Assembly (NCBI RefSeq): GCF_009914755.1
Contig: NC_060942.1
Strand: one strand, 5' to 3'
Origin: the human T2T-CHM13v2.0 reference genome, Homo sapiens
Length of the DNA stretch: 64,000 bases
Both the position numbers and the translations under genes were made by a program. Below, piece by piece: positions 1 to 11,850 of this stretch. The notes below the pieces were generated by a model. It worked only from the letters and a program-made list of their open reading frames with translations. It did no database searches and had not been told where the DNA came from. Numbering within the stretch: position 1 is the stretch's first letter; each line of letters begins with the position of its first letter.

Positions 1-44
1 CTGGGCGAGAGGAGCGAGACTCCGTCTCCAAACAAACAAAAAAA
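1..44 (+). mobile_element. Alu 3' end and A-rich tail (cut by the window edge)
   Basis: ctgggcga..gagcgagactccgtctc followed by an A-rich tail. Confidence 0.85.
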
Positions 45-1067
45 CCCTGTTTATTTCAGACATTAAGTTTTGGGCTGCAATATTGAAGATTTTAGCATAT
101 CGGTCACTTTTCTGCTATGCATAGTATTAGTTTCAAAAGGTCTGAGAAAACGTTCACTCTCTTGTGTTTCATAAGTTATCTGAAAGTTTCACAGTTTATC
201 ACAATTTGGAATAAGATCAGCTAACCCCCAGCACAGTAACAGGTGGACTCTGTCTTCTCTTTCGCAGACACGAGTCCTCTGCCAGGCTCAGTAGCGATTC
301 CTCCTGCGTTTGAATGCCCTTTGCTCTTGTGGCTCTGGTACCTGAGGGGTTCGGGCCCCGGCAGTGTTGGGGGAACAGTGCAGGCTTTTGACAGCTCCCA
401 GGTCCTGTAGTGGGGCCATCTCTGGGCTCTGGAGCCAGACTGTCCAGACCTCCGTGTCCGCGGGCGCTGGTGGGCCCTTTGGGGTGATGGTGAACATAGT
501 CTCTAAGGCGTTGTACCGAACCCCAGCATAGCGAGACGTGTAAGGTGGTAGCCGTGGGGTCTTCCCCGAGCTTCCCGCTGCCATCACCTCCTGGGAAGAC
601 GGATAGCAAAGAAGCCGAGGGTGTCGAGTTGCCCCATGGTTTGTAAAACACTGGCATGGGCTGGAACGGCTCAGGACTGACTGCCACTGCGTCTCCCTGT
701 AAGCCCCTCCCTTTCTGGGGAGGGAAGCCCCCCAACAACCCACAGCCAGCCTCGAAGCCACGTCGCCCTGGCTCTGGTTCCCGCTAACCCTTGCTGGGGA
801 GTCCCCCGCACAACCTGTCCTGCTGTTTCCTGCTGTTTCTGGAGCTAGACAAGCCTCAGCTGGCCTCCTGGCTCCCGGCATGGGTGTCAGGCCCTGGGGA
901 GTCTCCAGTCCCTCCTGTGGGTACTGGGCTGGGCTGGCTCTGAAGGGTCTTGAAGAACGTGGCTGTGTGCCTCCCTGGCATTCGCGGTGGTGGCTCTGGA
1001 GCTTGCGTTTGGCTGAGCAGGCCAGCAGGTGACTCGCGCAAGCCAGACGGTCCCCAGGAAGCCCTCA

Positions 1068-1643
1068 GCTGTGGTGGGAGATGGGAGATGGGCTATGGTG
1101 GGAGATGGGCTGTGGCGGGAGATGGGCTGTGGCGGGAGATGGGCTGTGGTGGGAGATGGGAGATGGGCTGTGGTGGGAGATGGGAGATGGGCTGTGGTGG
1201 GAGATGGGCTGTGGTGGGAGATGGGAGATGGGCTGTGGTGGGAGATGGGCTGTGGTGGGAGATGGGAGATGGGCTGTGGTGGGAGATGGGAGATGGGCTG
1301 TGGTGGGAGATGGGAGATCGGCTGTGGTGGGAGATGGGAGATGGGCTGGGCAGGAGATGGGCTGTGGTGGGAGATGGGAGATGGGCTGTGGTGGGAGATG
1401 GGAGATGGGCTGTGGTGGGAGATGGGCTGTGGTGGGAGATGGGAGATGGGCTGTGGTGGGAGATGGGCTGTGGTGGGAGATGGGAGATGGGCTGTGGTGG
1501 GAGATGGGAGATCGGCTGTGGTGGGAGATGGGAGATGGGCTGGGCAGGAGATGGGCTGTGGTGGGAGATGGGAGATGGGCTGTGGTGGGAGATGGGAGAT
1601 GGGCTATACCAGGAGATGGGCTGTGGCGGGAGATGGGCTATGG
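1068..1643. repeat. G-rich minisatellite with 17/24-bp units (GGCTGTGGTGGGAGATG[GGAGATG])
   Basis: Tandem units directly visible; source of the repetitive ORFs in all three + frames. Confidence 0.97.
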
Positions 1644-2697
1644 CTGGGCCTGTCCTCTGTGGTGCTGTGGATGCGTCCTATTCAGGAGCTGCCTACCAAG
1701 TTTCATTGCGATGTTGGAATCTGTCCTTGGTCCCTGCCACCATGGGGTGGGTGGAGCCCCCAGCACCCTGCCTTCTTCCTCCCCTTCCTGTGGGTCTGCA
1801 GGGCTCGGGGTGTTGATGGAGACTGTGGGGGTCGGGGGAGCCAGCAGTTTCGTTGTGTGATGGCAGGAAGAATCCGCGTGCTGCCCCACCATGCCTTGCG
1901 ACGCTCTGTGGTAGGGAGCTGTCGGGTCACAGTCAGGCGCTTAACGGCCACCCGACTGTGGACGCGGCTGAGGCCATTTGTCCAGGGTGGCCTAGTCACA
2001 ACCAACAGAACTGGACTCTGCCATGATGAGCAGACCCCGCAACCTACACTCCAGACTCCACCGGTGCTGGGACCCCGACTCCCAGGAGACCTGGCGAGCT
2101 CAGCCCTCTTGTCACAAGGCCTGTACGGGGTGGGGGCACGTGTCACGGGGACCCTCGGCCCAGACTGGCCTTCTACTCTCGTCACCAAGATGTGGAGCCT
2201 TCTGGGGTCAGAGCCCAGTCGAGGGGCTTTACGCAGCCTGTGGTGTCCTTGGAGCCACAGCTCCCTGGAGAAGGCACTGCGTCTGCCAGCCTCCGCTGGT
2301 GAGGGGCTCAGAGTTGAGAAGATCATGCCTCCTGATTGCACGAGCACCCTGGTCTTGGCTCATTTGCTCCTTCTTGAGCCGCTTCGGTAGCATTTGGCAG
2401 CCCACGGTTTTCTGCCTGCGTTGTTTAGTTTGTTTCTGCTGTTATGGAGTTCACAGCTGACACTTGGAGGGCGGGGTTTGCAACACCAGTTTCTGATGGG
2501 AAGGACTGGTGTGAGGGTGTGAGGAGGCTGCGGAGGCCGAGGGCCTGTGCGTTCTCCCAGGCGTGTGTGGAAGGGCTGGGGCATCTTCTCCCTGGTCCTT
2601 CTCAATGTTACTCTGTCCATGTCTGTTGTTAGCCATGAGGAGGAGAAGGCACTCTGTTCCTGGAAAGGAGAAAACAACGTGGCTTTTTGCTCAGATA

Positions 2698-2975
2698 TTT
2701 TTTTTTGAGCCAGGGTCTTGCTCTGTTGTCCAGGCTGGAGTGCAGGGTGTCATCACAGCTTACTGCAGCCTCGACCTCCTGGGCTCAGGTGACCCTCCCA
2801 CCTCAGCCTGCCGAGTAGCTGGGACCACAGACGTGCGGCACCACACCTGGCTAATTGTTTAAGTTTTGTGGAGACAGAGTCTTGCCGTGTTGTCCAGGGC
2901 TGGTCTGGAACTCCTGGCCTGAAGCAGTCCTCCCGACCTGTCCTCTCAAAGTGCTGGCATTGCAGGTGTGAGCCA
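2698..2975 (-). mobile_element. Alu (old, AluJ-like), antisense
   Basis: Poly-T then gagccagggtcttgctctgttgtccaggctggagtgcag...caaagtgctgg..caggtgtgagcca. Confidence 0.92.
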
Positions 2976-3035
2976 GAGTTTTACAGTCAGATCATGGAGA
3001 TCTGAAATGTTGCCCCATCTCACCGAAGACCGAGT

Positions 3036-3242
3036 GCCCGGGAGCCCCCCTAGGAGGGTCAGAACCTGCCCGGGAGCCCCCTAGGAGGGTCAGAACCTGC
3101 CCGGGAGCCCCCCTAGGAGGGCCGGCACCTGCCTGCCCGGGAGCCCCCCTAGGAGGGCCGGCACCTGCCTGCCCGGGAGCCCCCCTAGGAGGGCCGGCAC
3201 CTGCCTGCCCGGGAGCCCCCCTAGGAGAGTCAGAACCTGCCT
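3036..3242. repeat. Minisatellite, about 31-36-bp unit (CCTGCCCGGGAGCCCCCCTAGGAGGGCCGGCACCTG), about 6 copies
   Basis: Tandem units visible; 12-aa periodicity in ORF 3090..3392. Confidence 0.95.
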
Positions 3243-3807
3243 GGTTAGCTCAGATGCCCCCGTGGAGACAGCGTGAGGGCGGCAGGGAGCTGGAAACCTT
3301 CCCAGGTTCCCAATTTTGAGATTTCCTAAGCTGCCTGTGGTCCAGCTGGGAGGAAGTGTCTGGTCCTGATGTGCGTCGGTGACCACAGACAAAACAGGAT
3401 TTGCTCCTGTGCCAACGTTGGCTTTTGAGCAGCGGGATAGGTGGGCCTGGTGGTAGGTGCTTCGGCAGCCGGGCAGCCGCAGGGACTTCCTCCCTCAGGA
3501 TTAAACCTGAGTCGGGAGTTGGAGGGCAACAGTTATTCACATTCAAAACCAGATCTTAAGTGCAAATTAACGTTTTTTGGATTCTTGAGCAAAATGTTTT
3601 CTACATTATGATGGGATTTTCTTTTTTATAAGTGCTTCTAGAACATCTCTGGAAGCTGGGTTAGACGCACAGGGCTTAGTCGGCTTTGGGGAGAGACAGT
3701 AGTTGTAAAGGCCACACCGGACGCCGTGTGCACCTCCCAAGGTTTCCCATGTGAGACCATGTGGCCTGCATGCTGCGTTCCATCAGCACTGGGCTGTGCG
3801 ACAGATG

Positions 3808-4625
3808 TGTTTCCAGGCGAGGTTGCTGCAGAGGGGAAGAGGGGGACGTGTTTCCAGGCGACGTCGCTGCAGAGAGGAAGAGGGGGACGCGTTTCCAGGT
3901 GACGTCGCTGCAGAGAGGAAGAGGGGGACACGTTTCCAGGCGACGTCGCTGCAGAGAGGAAGAGGGGGACGCGTTTCCAGGCGACGTCACTGCAGAGAGG
4001 AAGAGGGGGACACGTTTCCAGGTGACGTCGCTGCAGAGAGGAAGGGGGGTCGCGTTTCCAGGCGAGGTCGCTGCAGAGGGGAAGAGGGGGACGCCTTTCC
4101 AGGTGACTTCGCTGCAGAGAGGAAGAGGGGGACGCCTTTCCAGGTGACTTCGCTGCAGAGAGGAAGAGGCAGACGCATTTCCAGGCGAGGTCACTGCAAA
4201 GAGGAAGAGGGGGATGCGTTTCCAGGTGACATCGCTACAGACAGGAAGAGGGGGATGCGTTTCCGGGAGATGTCGCTGCAGAGGGGAAGAGGTGGATGCG
4301 TTTCCAGGCAAGGTCGCTGCAGAGAGGAAGAGGGGGTCGCATTTCCAGGCAGCATGGCTGCAGAGAGGAAGAGGAGGACGTGTTTCCAGGCGACATTGCT
4401 GCAGAGAGGAAGAGGAGGACGCGTTTCCAGGCGATGTCGTTGCAGAGGGCAAGAGGGGAACGCGTTTCCAGGTGACGTCGCTGCAGAGGGGAAGAGGCGG
4501 ATGCGTTTCCAGGTGACATTGCTGCAGAGAGGAAGAGGAAGATGCTTTTCCAGGCGACGTTGCTGCAGAGAGGAAGAGGGTGGGACGCATTTCCAGGAGA
4601 CGTCGCTGAAGAGGGGAAGAGGGAG
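3808..4625. repeat. Minisatellite, 41-bp unit (GTTTCCAGGYGACGTCGCTGCAGAGAGGAAGAGGGGGACGC), about 20 copies
   Basis: Tandem units visible with point variants. Confidence 0.97.
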
Positions 4626-7600
4626 GCCCCTCCAGCAGGGCCACCTAGATGTTTGCTTTGCCCCGCGTGGAGTCATATTCCAGGAACCCCCGAACCCACC
4701 TGCAGCTTGATTCTGCTCCTCAGGGCCAGAGGTTCTAGTTTATGGGAGGAGTGTTTTCTCACTGGAAACATGGAGCCCACACACACTTCTACGCTGGAAG
4801 CCGTGATGTGTGTCAGGAACGTGTTCTGATGTTGGTGTGCAAAATCAGTATTGTGCCTTTGTCCCCTCTGACCCCCATCACGGCAGTTCTGAGGCTTGTG
4901 GGGCACCCCAGCTCCTCTCCCTCTGCACAGGCCACTGTTCCCAGAACTCGAGGGTTCCCTGACACCAAGATGACATGTGGCACAGACCTGGAATCGCGAG
5001 GAAATGCCCGTCCTCCTCCCACGGGCAGACAGGTCGAGTGTGTTTCCAGAGACCGGGCCGTCCGTGGGGCAGTAGCGCCTGGATGACGTCTGCTTTCGCC
5101 TGGAGCCCTGGCTGCAAGGGGCGGTGCCGGGCAAGGGCCACCCCAGGGGTCTAGGAGTGCAGTGTCGGGCCTGTGGAGGTGGAGAGCAGGGATCAGCCTC
5201 TTTTTGTGGATGAGGAAATGGAGACACGTGGAAACTTCTGGTAAGAAGCTGTCAAGCCTCCAGGTTTCGGTTCTGGACAGGTGCGGGGCAGGTATTGGAG
5301 CACTTTGGGCTCTGAGGTCCACGTGGCCCAGCGGCCTCCAGGAGTCAGCTGCAAGGCGGAGTCCCTGTCCACAAGCTGCGTTGCAGGCACAGAGACCAGG
5401 AGAGGGCTGTGAAGCAACTCTGTGTTTACTGGGCTGAAGCAGCAGCTCTTGGCAGTGCCGCCACCATGGGCTGTGTCCTGTCCCCGTGGCGACATCACAG
5501 CTGAGCGCGAAGCTGGAAGCTTGGGCACGTCTTGGTGCTGGGTCTTCTCCGACCCCGAGGGCCAAGGGTGCTCTGTAGCTCCAGGCGTCAGAGTCTGAGC
5601 ATCCTTTGTTTTGGCAACATCCAGGACAGGAGTCTTTGGAGAGTAACACATCTTTATTTTGAAAGATCCCTTTAGGTGATTTGAGAAACCGCTGTATTTG
5701 TTGTAGCTCCAAGTATTACCCGTGAATCACCTAGGCTGCTCTTCAGTGAACATCCAGAATGCCGTCAGTTCTTGTGAAACCCCCAAGTTTCCCGTAGGTC
5801 CAAGCTGAGAAGATTGAGTGAACTCTGAGAGCTGAGCCGGGCCGTCTTGGCACCACTAGAAACGGAATCAGTTCCATGACTGATCTGTGCCCCACCCCAC
5901 ATTAACTTGTGCAATATGACATTTCTGGTTTTGGTTTTTGTTTTATAAGCCATCCATGGCAAGTGCAGTCGGAGGCCCCCCACTGCCAGAACTTCCTGTG
6001 AGTAATAATGACAGATGGGCCCTGACCCTGGAGACGTCTGAGAAGGTGTTTGGGGTCCGAGAAGAGTCCGCGTGTGCAGTGACTGGAACCTGTCCCTGGT
6101 GTGAACTTGGGGATGAGTGGGTGACGGGGGTGGTGGGGGCCTGGGGCACTTCCCCGCCCTCCGGACCACACTGTTGCTCTCCAGCCACGAGAAGATGCAG
6201 CGGCCCCCGGCTGCAGCAGCTACTGTCCCGGAGGGCAGGGGAGTGAGGGAGAGGGAGGGTGTACGGCATGGGGCCTGCTGCCTGGGGCGCTGGGATCCCA
6301 CAGCGAGGCCCTGTTCCCACTGCCCAGGGGCACTGAGATCCCACAGGGAGGCCCGGTTCCCACTGAGCTTGGGTTCCCAACGGGCTCCTTTTGCTTCCCA
6401 AGCACCCTCTCCCACCCTTGAGCTGCAAGGAATGTTTCAGAGCCATGGAAGGTGCTTTCTCCCATCTGTAGTTTTTCTGGGAGGGAGAAAGGCTGACATT
6501 GGGGGCTTTGTAGAAAGCGTGCTCTGGCCCACACGTTAACATTTGGGAGGAGGCCTACAGGGAGCTGTCGGCTCTGGGCGAGGGCTGGGGGCTGCCTCGG
6601 GGGCGGGGGTTCAGGGTCTTGAGCTCAGCTTCTCACCCATCCGGGGCAGGGCAGGGCAGATAGAGGGGTGGGGACAGTGTTGGGGGCTGCTGGGCCTGGG
6701 ATGGCAGGGCCTGTGTCCAAAGCTGTTGTGAGGCTCACGAGATACAGGGGTGGACCTGGGAGGGTTGGGGCGCGTACAGAGGGGATGACTTCGATTTTTC
6801 CAAAGAACAGGGAAGGGTCTGTGTCCTGGTCGTACTCCAATCCCGTGTGGTGGAGCCACGGGACGCCATCAGTTTTTATGAAATCCCCAAATGTGTCCTT
6901 TAAAACAAAACCTCTGCACTCCGGCCTCACAGCCCAGATCCCGCGCGCTCCCGGTCTGTGGCTTTGACTTTGGTTTGAGTTCCTGGGCTGGGCTTACCTG
7001 GCTGGCAGGGCCGCAGCTGTGGCACTCCCTGTCTGGGGACGGAGGCTGCCCATGCACCCGGCTGTCCACCTTCTTCCCAAAGGCGGCGTCCTGGGCTCCC
7101 TCCCATGCGGACCCGGGATCCACTTGCCCAGCCTTGGGGAGGACAGATGGGGACAGCAGATCCTGCCCCAGGGTCATTGCCCGTGGCCACATCGGTCCTG
7201 GGAACTGTGGGTAGGCCATGGGCCGCTGGTGCCTGCACCACTGTCCTGGTGGAAGGGGCTGGACCTGGGACTGCCTGGGACAAGAGGCCAAGGCACAGAT
7301 GGCTGCAGGGGCTGCCCCTGCATCCTGAGCCTCACCCGGCGGGCAGGAGGGCCGGGCTGGGTGTCCCCATCTTTCTGTTCCCACCCTGGCCCCAGTCACC
7401 TGCTTCTCATCCACCGATTCCATCTTTCCTGCTGGCTTGTGAGGCCCGTGCCCTCCTCTGGGCCGCCTTCCCTCCCATGGGCACAGAGCTTGGGTCCCAC
7501 GTGGAGAGGAGGCCCTGCCCGCAGCCTCAGAGTCAGGCGGCCTTGGCTTCAGGGAGGGTTGGACGGGAGCCAGCCCATTGGACAGTAGCCCGGGGCCTCT

Positions 7601-8128
7601 GGGTGACCCTCCAGGGTGGGACAGCAGTGGTCCCAGGCCCCCCTCTGACTCCTGAAATCCTAAGGTTGCCCGGGCCGCCGAGCCCTCCCTCCACTCCCCG
7701 GCCTGCTGGGCAGGATTTTGTGAAAGGCCTTGTCTTGGGTCGTGGAAGAAAACCACGTGGTCTGTGGGGTCATCCCTGGGGCAGGCTGTGGGAGGGTGAA
7801 GGCTGCGTCCAGCGGCCAGGCCCAGCCAGAGGTCGGGAATCATGTCGGGGGTGACGCACAGATGCCGCCGCACTATCACCGAGAAACGCGGCGTGTGCGG
7901 GCCCACCTGGCCTCTTTAGGCCGGGCTCCGGGCTGCCCTCCAGGAAGGCCGACCTCTCCTGGGCGGGCAAAACTTTCTCAGGGCCGAGTTCTGCCGGCAC
8001 AGGTCAGGGGGCAAAGCTGGCCTCCGAGGAGCCTCTGACCGCTGGCCACTGTGTGGTCTTGGGGCAGCTCCAGACACACAAGCCCAGAAGACCCAGAGGC
8101 TGCCTCACGTCGGAGAAATGCGCTGATC

Positions 8129-8973
8129 GTCTCTCTCTCTCTTTGTCTCTCCATCTCTGTCTCTCTCCGTCTCTGTCTGTCTCTCCATCTCTGTCTCCCT
8201 GTCTCTCTCTCTGTCTCTGTCTCTCTCTGTCTCTGTCTCTCCATCTCTTTCTCTGTCTCTCTCTGTCTCTCCGTCTGTCTCTCTGTCTCTCCGTCTGTCT
8301 CTCTGTCTCTCTTTCCGTCTCTGTCTCTCCATCTCTGTCTCTGTCCCTGTCTCTGTCTCTCTGTGTTTCTCTGTGTCTGTCTCTGTCTCTCTCCGTCTCT
8401 GTCTGTGTCTGTCCCTGTCTCTGTTTCTCTGTCTCTCTCTGTCTCTCTGTCTCTGACTCTCTGTGTCTGTCTGTCTCTGTCTCTCTGTCTCTCTCCATCT
8501 CTGTCTCTGTTTCTCTGTCTCTCTCTGTCTCTCCATCTCTGTCTCTTTCTCCATCTCTGTTTCTCCATTTCTCTGTCGCTCTGTCTCTCTGTGTCTCTCT
8601 CTGTCTCTGCCTCTCTGTGTCTGTCTCTCCGTCTCTGTCTCTCTGTCTCTCTGTGTCTATCTCTGTGTCTGTCTCTCTCTCTGTCTCCATCTCTCTCCAT
8701 CTCTCTCTCCGTCTCTGTTTCTCTCTCTGTTTCTCTCTCTGTCTCTCCATCTCTGTCTCTCCATCTCTCTGTCTCTGTCGCTCTGTCTCTCTCTGTCTCT
8801 GCCTCTCTGTGTCTCTCTCCGTCTCTGTCTCTCCATCTGTCTCTCTGTCTCTGTCTCTCTGTTTCTCTCCCTGTCTCTGTCTCTCTGTTTCTCTCCCTGT
8901 CTCTGTCTCTCTGTTTCTCTCCCTGTCTCTGTCTCTCTCTCTGTCTGTCTTTCTTTCTCACTCTCTTTCTCTT
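8129..8973. repeat. About 850-bp CT-rich low-complexity tract ((CTCTGT)n/(CT)n mosaic)
   Basis: Nearly pure pyrimidine on + with periodic G. Confidence 0.97.
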
Positions 8974-9592
8974 TTAACTAAGGGAAAAGCCGTCACACAA
9001 CCAAATGGCCATGAGGCCCGCGGCTGCCGGCTGAGGAGGGCTGCGGGAGGACCCTGAAACCCTCGCCCTCCTGAAGCTGCTCCTGTGGAGTCCTGTGGGC
9101 GGGTGTGGCCCTGCCGAGTTCAGAGTCTGTCGCTTCGTCTGTCTGGAAACTGCAGGAGTCATGAGCAGCCTTCACGGTTTTCACCTAAGCAATGAGCACG
9201 TGCGGGCTTTAACCCTCGGAAAATCAGAATTAAAGGATTTTACCCAAACCACTTAAACAAAGGAACTGCCTCTGCTCTGGGCTTCTGCTGCCGAGGGCGC
9301 GATTCCGGGATTCTCATCGTTCACCGGCGGAGTCGGGGCGACTCATGAGGAGAGTGTTTTCAGATGCTGGGGACGTGGCCTTTCTAAGGGAGAGGGACAT
9401 GGCAGGGCCTCAGGCTCAGCTCTTTGGAAACTGAAGCCCATTCACCAGGTGGGCGGGGGAGGAGCTGGGCAGAGGTTGAGACACAAGACCTGAGAGCAGA
9501 GCAAAGTTTCTCATTTTTTTGGTTGTACAAATAACAAACACCGTTCACTGTAGAAGACTTTTAAACACAGATAAACCACGATAAATGAGTCC

Positions 9593-9849
9593 TGCACCAG
9601 CGTGGCAGCTCACACCTGGAATCCCAGCGCTTTGGGAGGCCGAGGCACCAGGATCGCTGGAGCCCAGGAGTTTGAGACCGCCCTGGGCAACATGGAGAGA
9701 CCCCATCTCTACACAAAATATAACAATTAGCCAGGTGTGGTGGTGCGCCTGTGGTCCCAGCTGCTCGGGAGGCTGAGGTGGGAGGATCCCGTGAGGCCAC
9801 TGCACTCTAGCCTGGGTGACAGAGCGAGACCCTGTCTCAGAAAAAAGAA
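9593..9849 (+). mobile_element. Alu (AluJ-like), sense, with a deletion in the right arm
   Basis: ctcacacctggaatcccagcgctttgggaggccgagg...cactgcactctagcctgggtgacagagcgagaccctgtctc plus A tail. Confidence 0.9.
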
Positions 9850-11032
9850 TTCGATAATCCTGCGATTGAGAATCAGACAGTGATCATTTCAGGATATGTC
9901 TTTTTTTTTTTTTCCTCCCCCTCTGTCCCAGCGCAGACGGCATCTCTGTCGCGAGCTTTCGGCTGAAAAAAAATCCCTCACGCCCTTCCCAGGCGAGGGA
10001 GACACAGGTTCAGGGGCATGAACGGCTCCTCCCGTGGAAAGGACTGTGTGGCCGGCTCCCCAGGCCACGGGGGCCACTGTCCTCCATGCCACGTCCCATG
10101 CCGCTTCCACCGCAGCGTGAGGACAGCAGGACCTGAGCCACGAGCCACACTGCTGTGGGACCCGTGTCGGGACTCGCAGGGCCTGGCAGGTGTTTCCATT
10201 TGACCTGTGGGCTCACACTCGGCAGTTCTGGGCCCCCTGGTGTCCACCTCCATGGGAGCACCGTCCCCGGACCCCCAGAGGGGCGGCAAACACAGGAGTC
10301 CTGGGGAGTGTTGCCGGGGCGGGAAGCCCGGACCCCCCTGTGACTCAGCTGCAGCCTCTCTGGGTGTTGCTGCGGGTGTGGAGGTTGCATCTGGCTCAGT
10401 GAGAAGCATTTTTAAACTTGATTCTGCAGCCACTGCAGATTCGCGGGAAGCTGGGGGGAGGCAATGCCCCACCCGGCCCCCGGGGCTGCCCCATAGCAGC
10501 CACCATGCCCTGGCCCCAGGCCCCAGGAGGAGGATCCTGCCGGGAGCGCCTTGCATTTTGCCTAGGACCTTCTTAACTCTCCAGACTCATCAGGGAAGCT
10601 CTGCAGGAGCTCAGGATAAACAGGTCCTTGGCTTGAAGCCTGCCGGCATGGGTTGGGAATGGTGGGGGCTCCATGTCTGCAGCAGCCACGGCAGAAGCTG
10701 TGGCCACATGAGCTGGGCTCTGGGTGCGGCTGTGGCCATTGAGGAGGGAGCATGTCCCGGGTTCTTAGGTTAAGTGCGTCTTGGCAGGGGGGCCCGGGGC
10801 TGCAGCCCTTCGTGTACCCACGTGTCCGATGTCTCTGTGCCATGCCGTGACGTTGTCCTTCACGTAAAGTTTTCAAGACCCACGTCCCATTGTCTGTGAA
10901 ATCACAAGGTTTTACTTTATGGACTGTGTGGAATGGACCCAGGGAAGGGGGACCAGTATATGCCCAATTTGCCAGCATGTGCAACAGTGAACTTCCCTGG
11001 ACAGCTGGCCTTGGTGTGGCAGTGGGTGCTGT

Positions 11033-11850
11033 ACGGCTGGCCTCTGTGCAGTGGGTTGGGGGGAGCTGGATGGCTGGCCTCTGTGCGGTGGGTGGGGGGG
11101 AGCTGGACGGCTGGCCTCTGTGCGGTGGGTGGGGGCTGTACCGCTGGCCTCTGTGCGGTGGGTCGGGGGAAGCTGGACGGCTGGCCTCTGTGCAGTGGGT
11201 GGGGGGAGCTGGACGGCTGGCCTCTGTGCAGTGGGTCGGGGGGAGCTGGATGGCTGGCCTCTGTGCAGCGGGTGGGGGAGAGCTGGACAGCTGGCCTCTG
11301 TGCGGTGGAGGCTGGACGGCTGGCCTCTGTGTGGTGTGGGGGCTGGATGGCTGGCCTCTGTGCAGTGGGTGGGGTTGGGGGGGTGCTGGACGGCTGGCCT
11401 CTGTGCAGTGGGTGGGGGGGTGCTGGACGGCTGGTCTTTGTGCAGTGAGGGGGCTGGACAACTGCCCTCTGTGCAGGGGTCGGGGGGAGCTGGATGGCTG
11501 GCCTCTGTGGGGTGGGTGTAGGGGGAGCTGGACGGCTGGCCTCTGTGCGGTGGGTGTCGGGGGAGCTGGACGGCTGGCCTCTGTGCAGTGAGTCGGGGAG
11601 GGGGGTGGCTAGACAGCTGGCCTCTGTGTGGTGGCAGGGCTGGACAGCTGGCCTCTGTGCAGTGGGTGGCGGGGGGGTGCTGGACGGCTGGCCTCTATGT
11701 AGTCGGGGAGGCTGGATGACTGGCCTCTGTGCAGTGGGGGCAGGCGCTGGATGACTGGCCTCTATGCAGTGGGTCGGGGGGCCTGGACAGCTGGCCTCTG
11801 TGCGGTGGGTTGGGGGGGCCTGGACGTCTGGCTTCTGTGCGGTGCGGGGG
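11033..11850. repeat. G-rich minisatellite, about 31-42-bp variable unit (GGCTGGCCTCTGTGCAGTGGGT-Gn-AGCTGGAC), about 22 copies
   Basis: Tandem units with a constant core and variable G-runs. Confidence 0.96.

Noticed and set aside
950-2390. Long ORFs (288, 453 and 259 aa) with W/G-rich repeats
   Set aside because: Produced by a stop-free G-rich VNTR open in all three frames; no splice or homology support.
3676-4710. ORFs of about 320 aa on both strands
   Set aside because: Translations of the 41-bp VNTR; the unit length is not a multiple of three and the same peptides cycle through frames.
6869-7906. 345-aa minus-strand ORF and many other 100-300-aa ORFs
   Set aside because: P/G/A/R-rich composition and overlap in many frames are expected in GC-rich non-coding DNA; no recognisable domain.
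7978-9057. RE/RD-rich and SL-rich ORFs resembling splicing-factor low-complexity domains
   Set aside because: Artefact of the CT/GA simple repeat.
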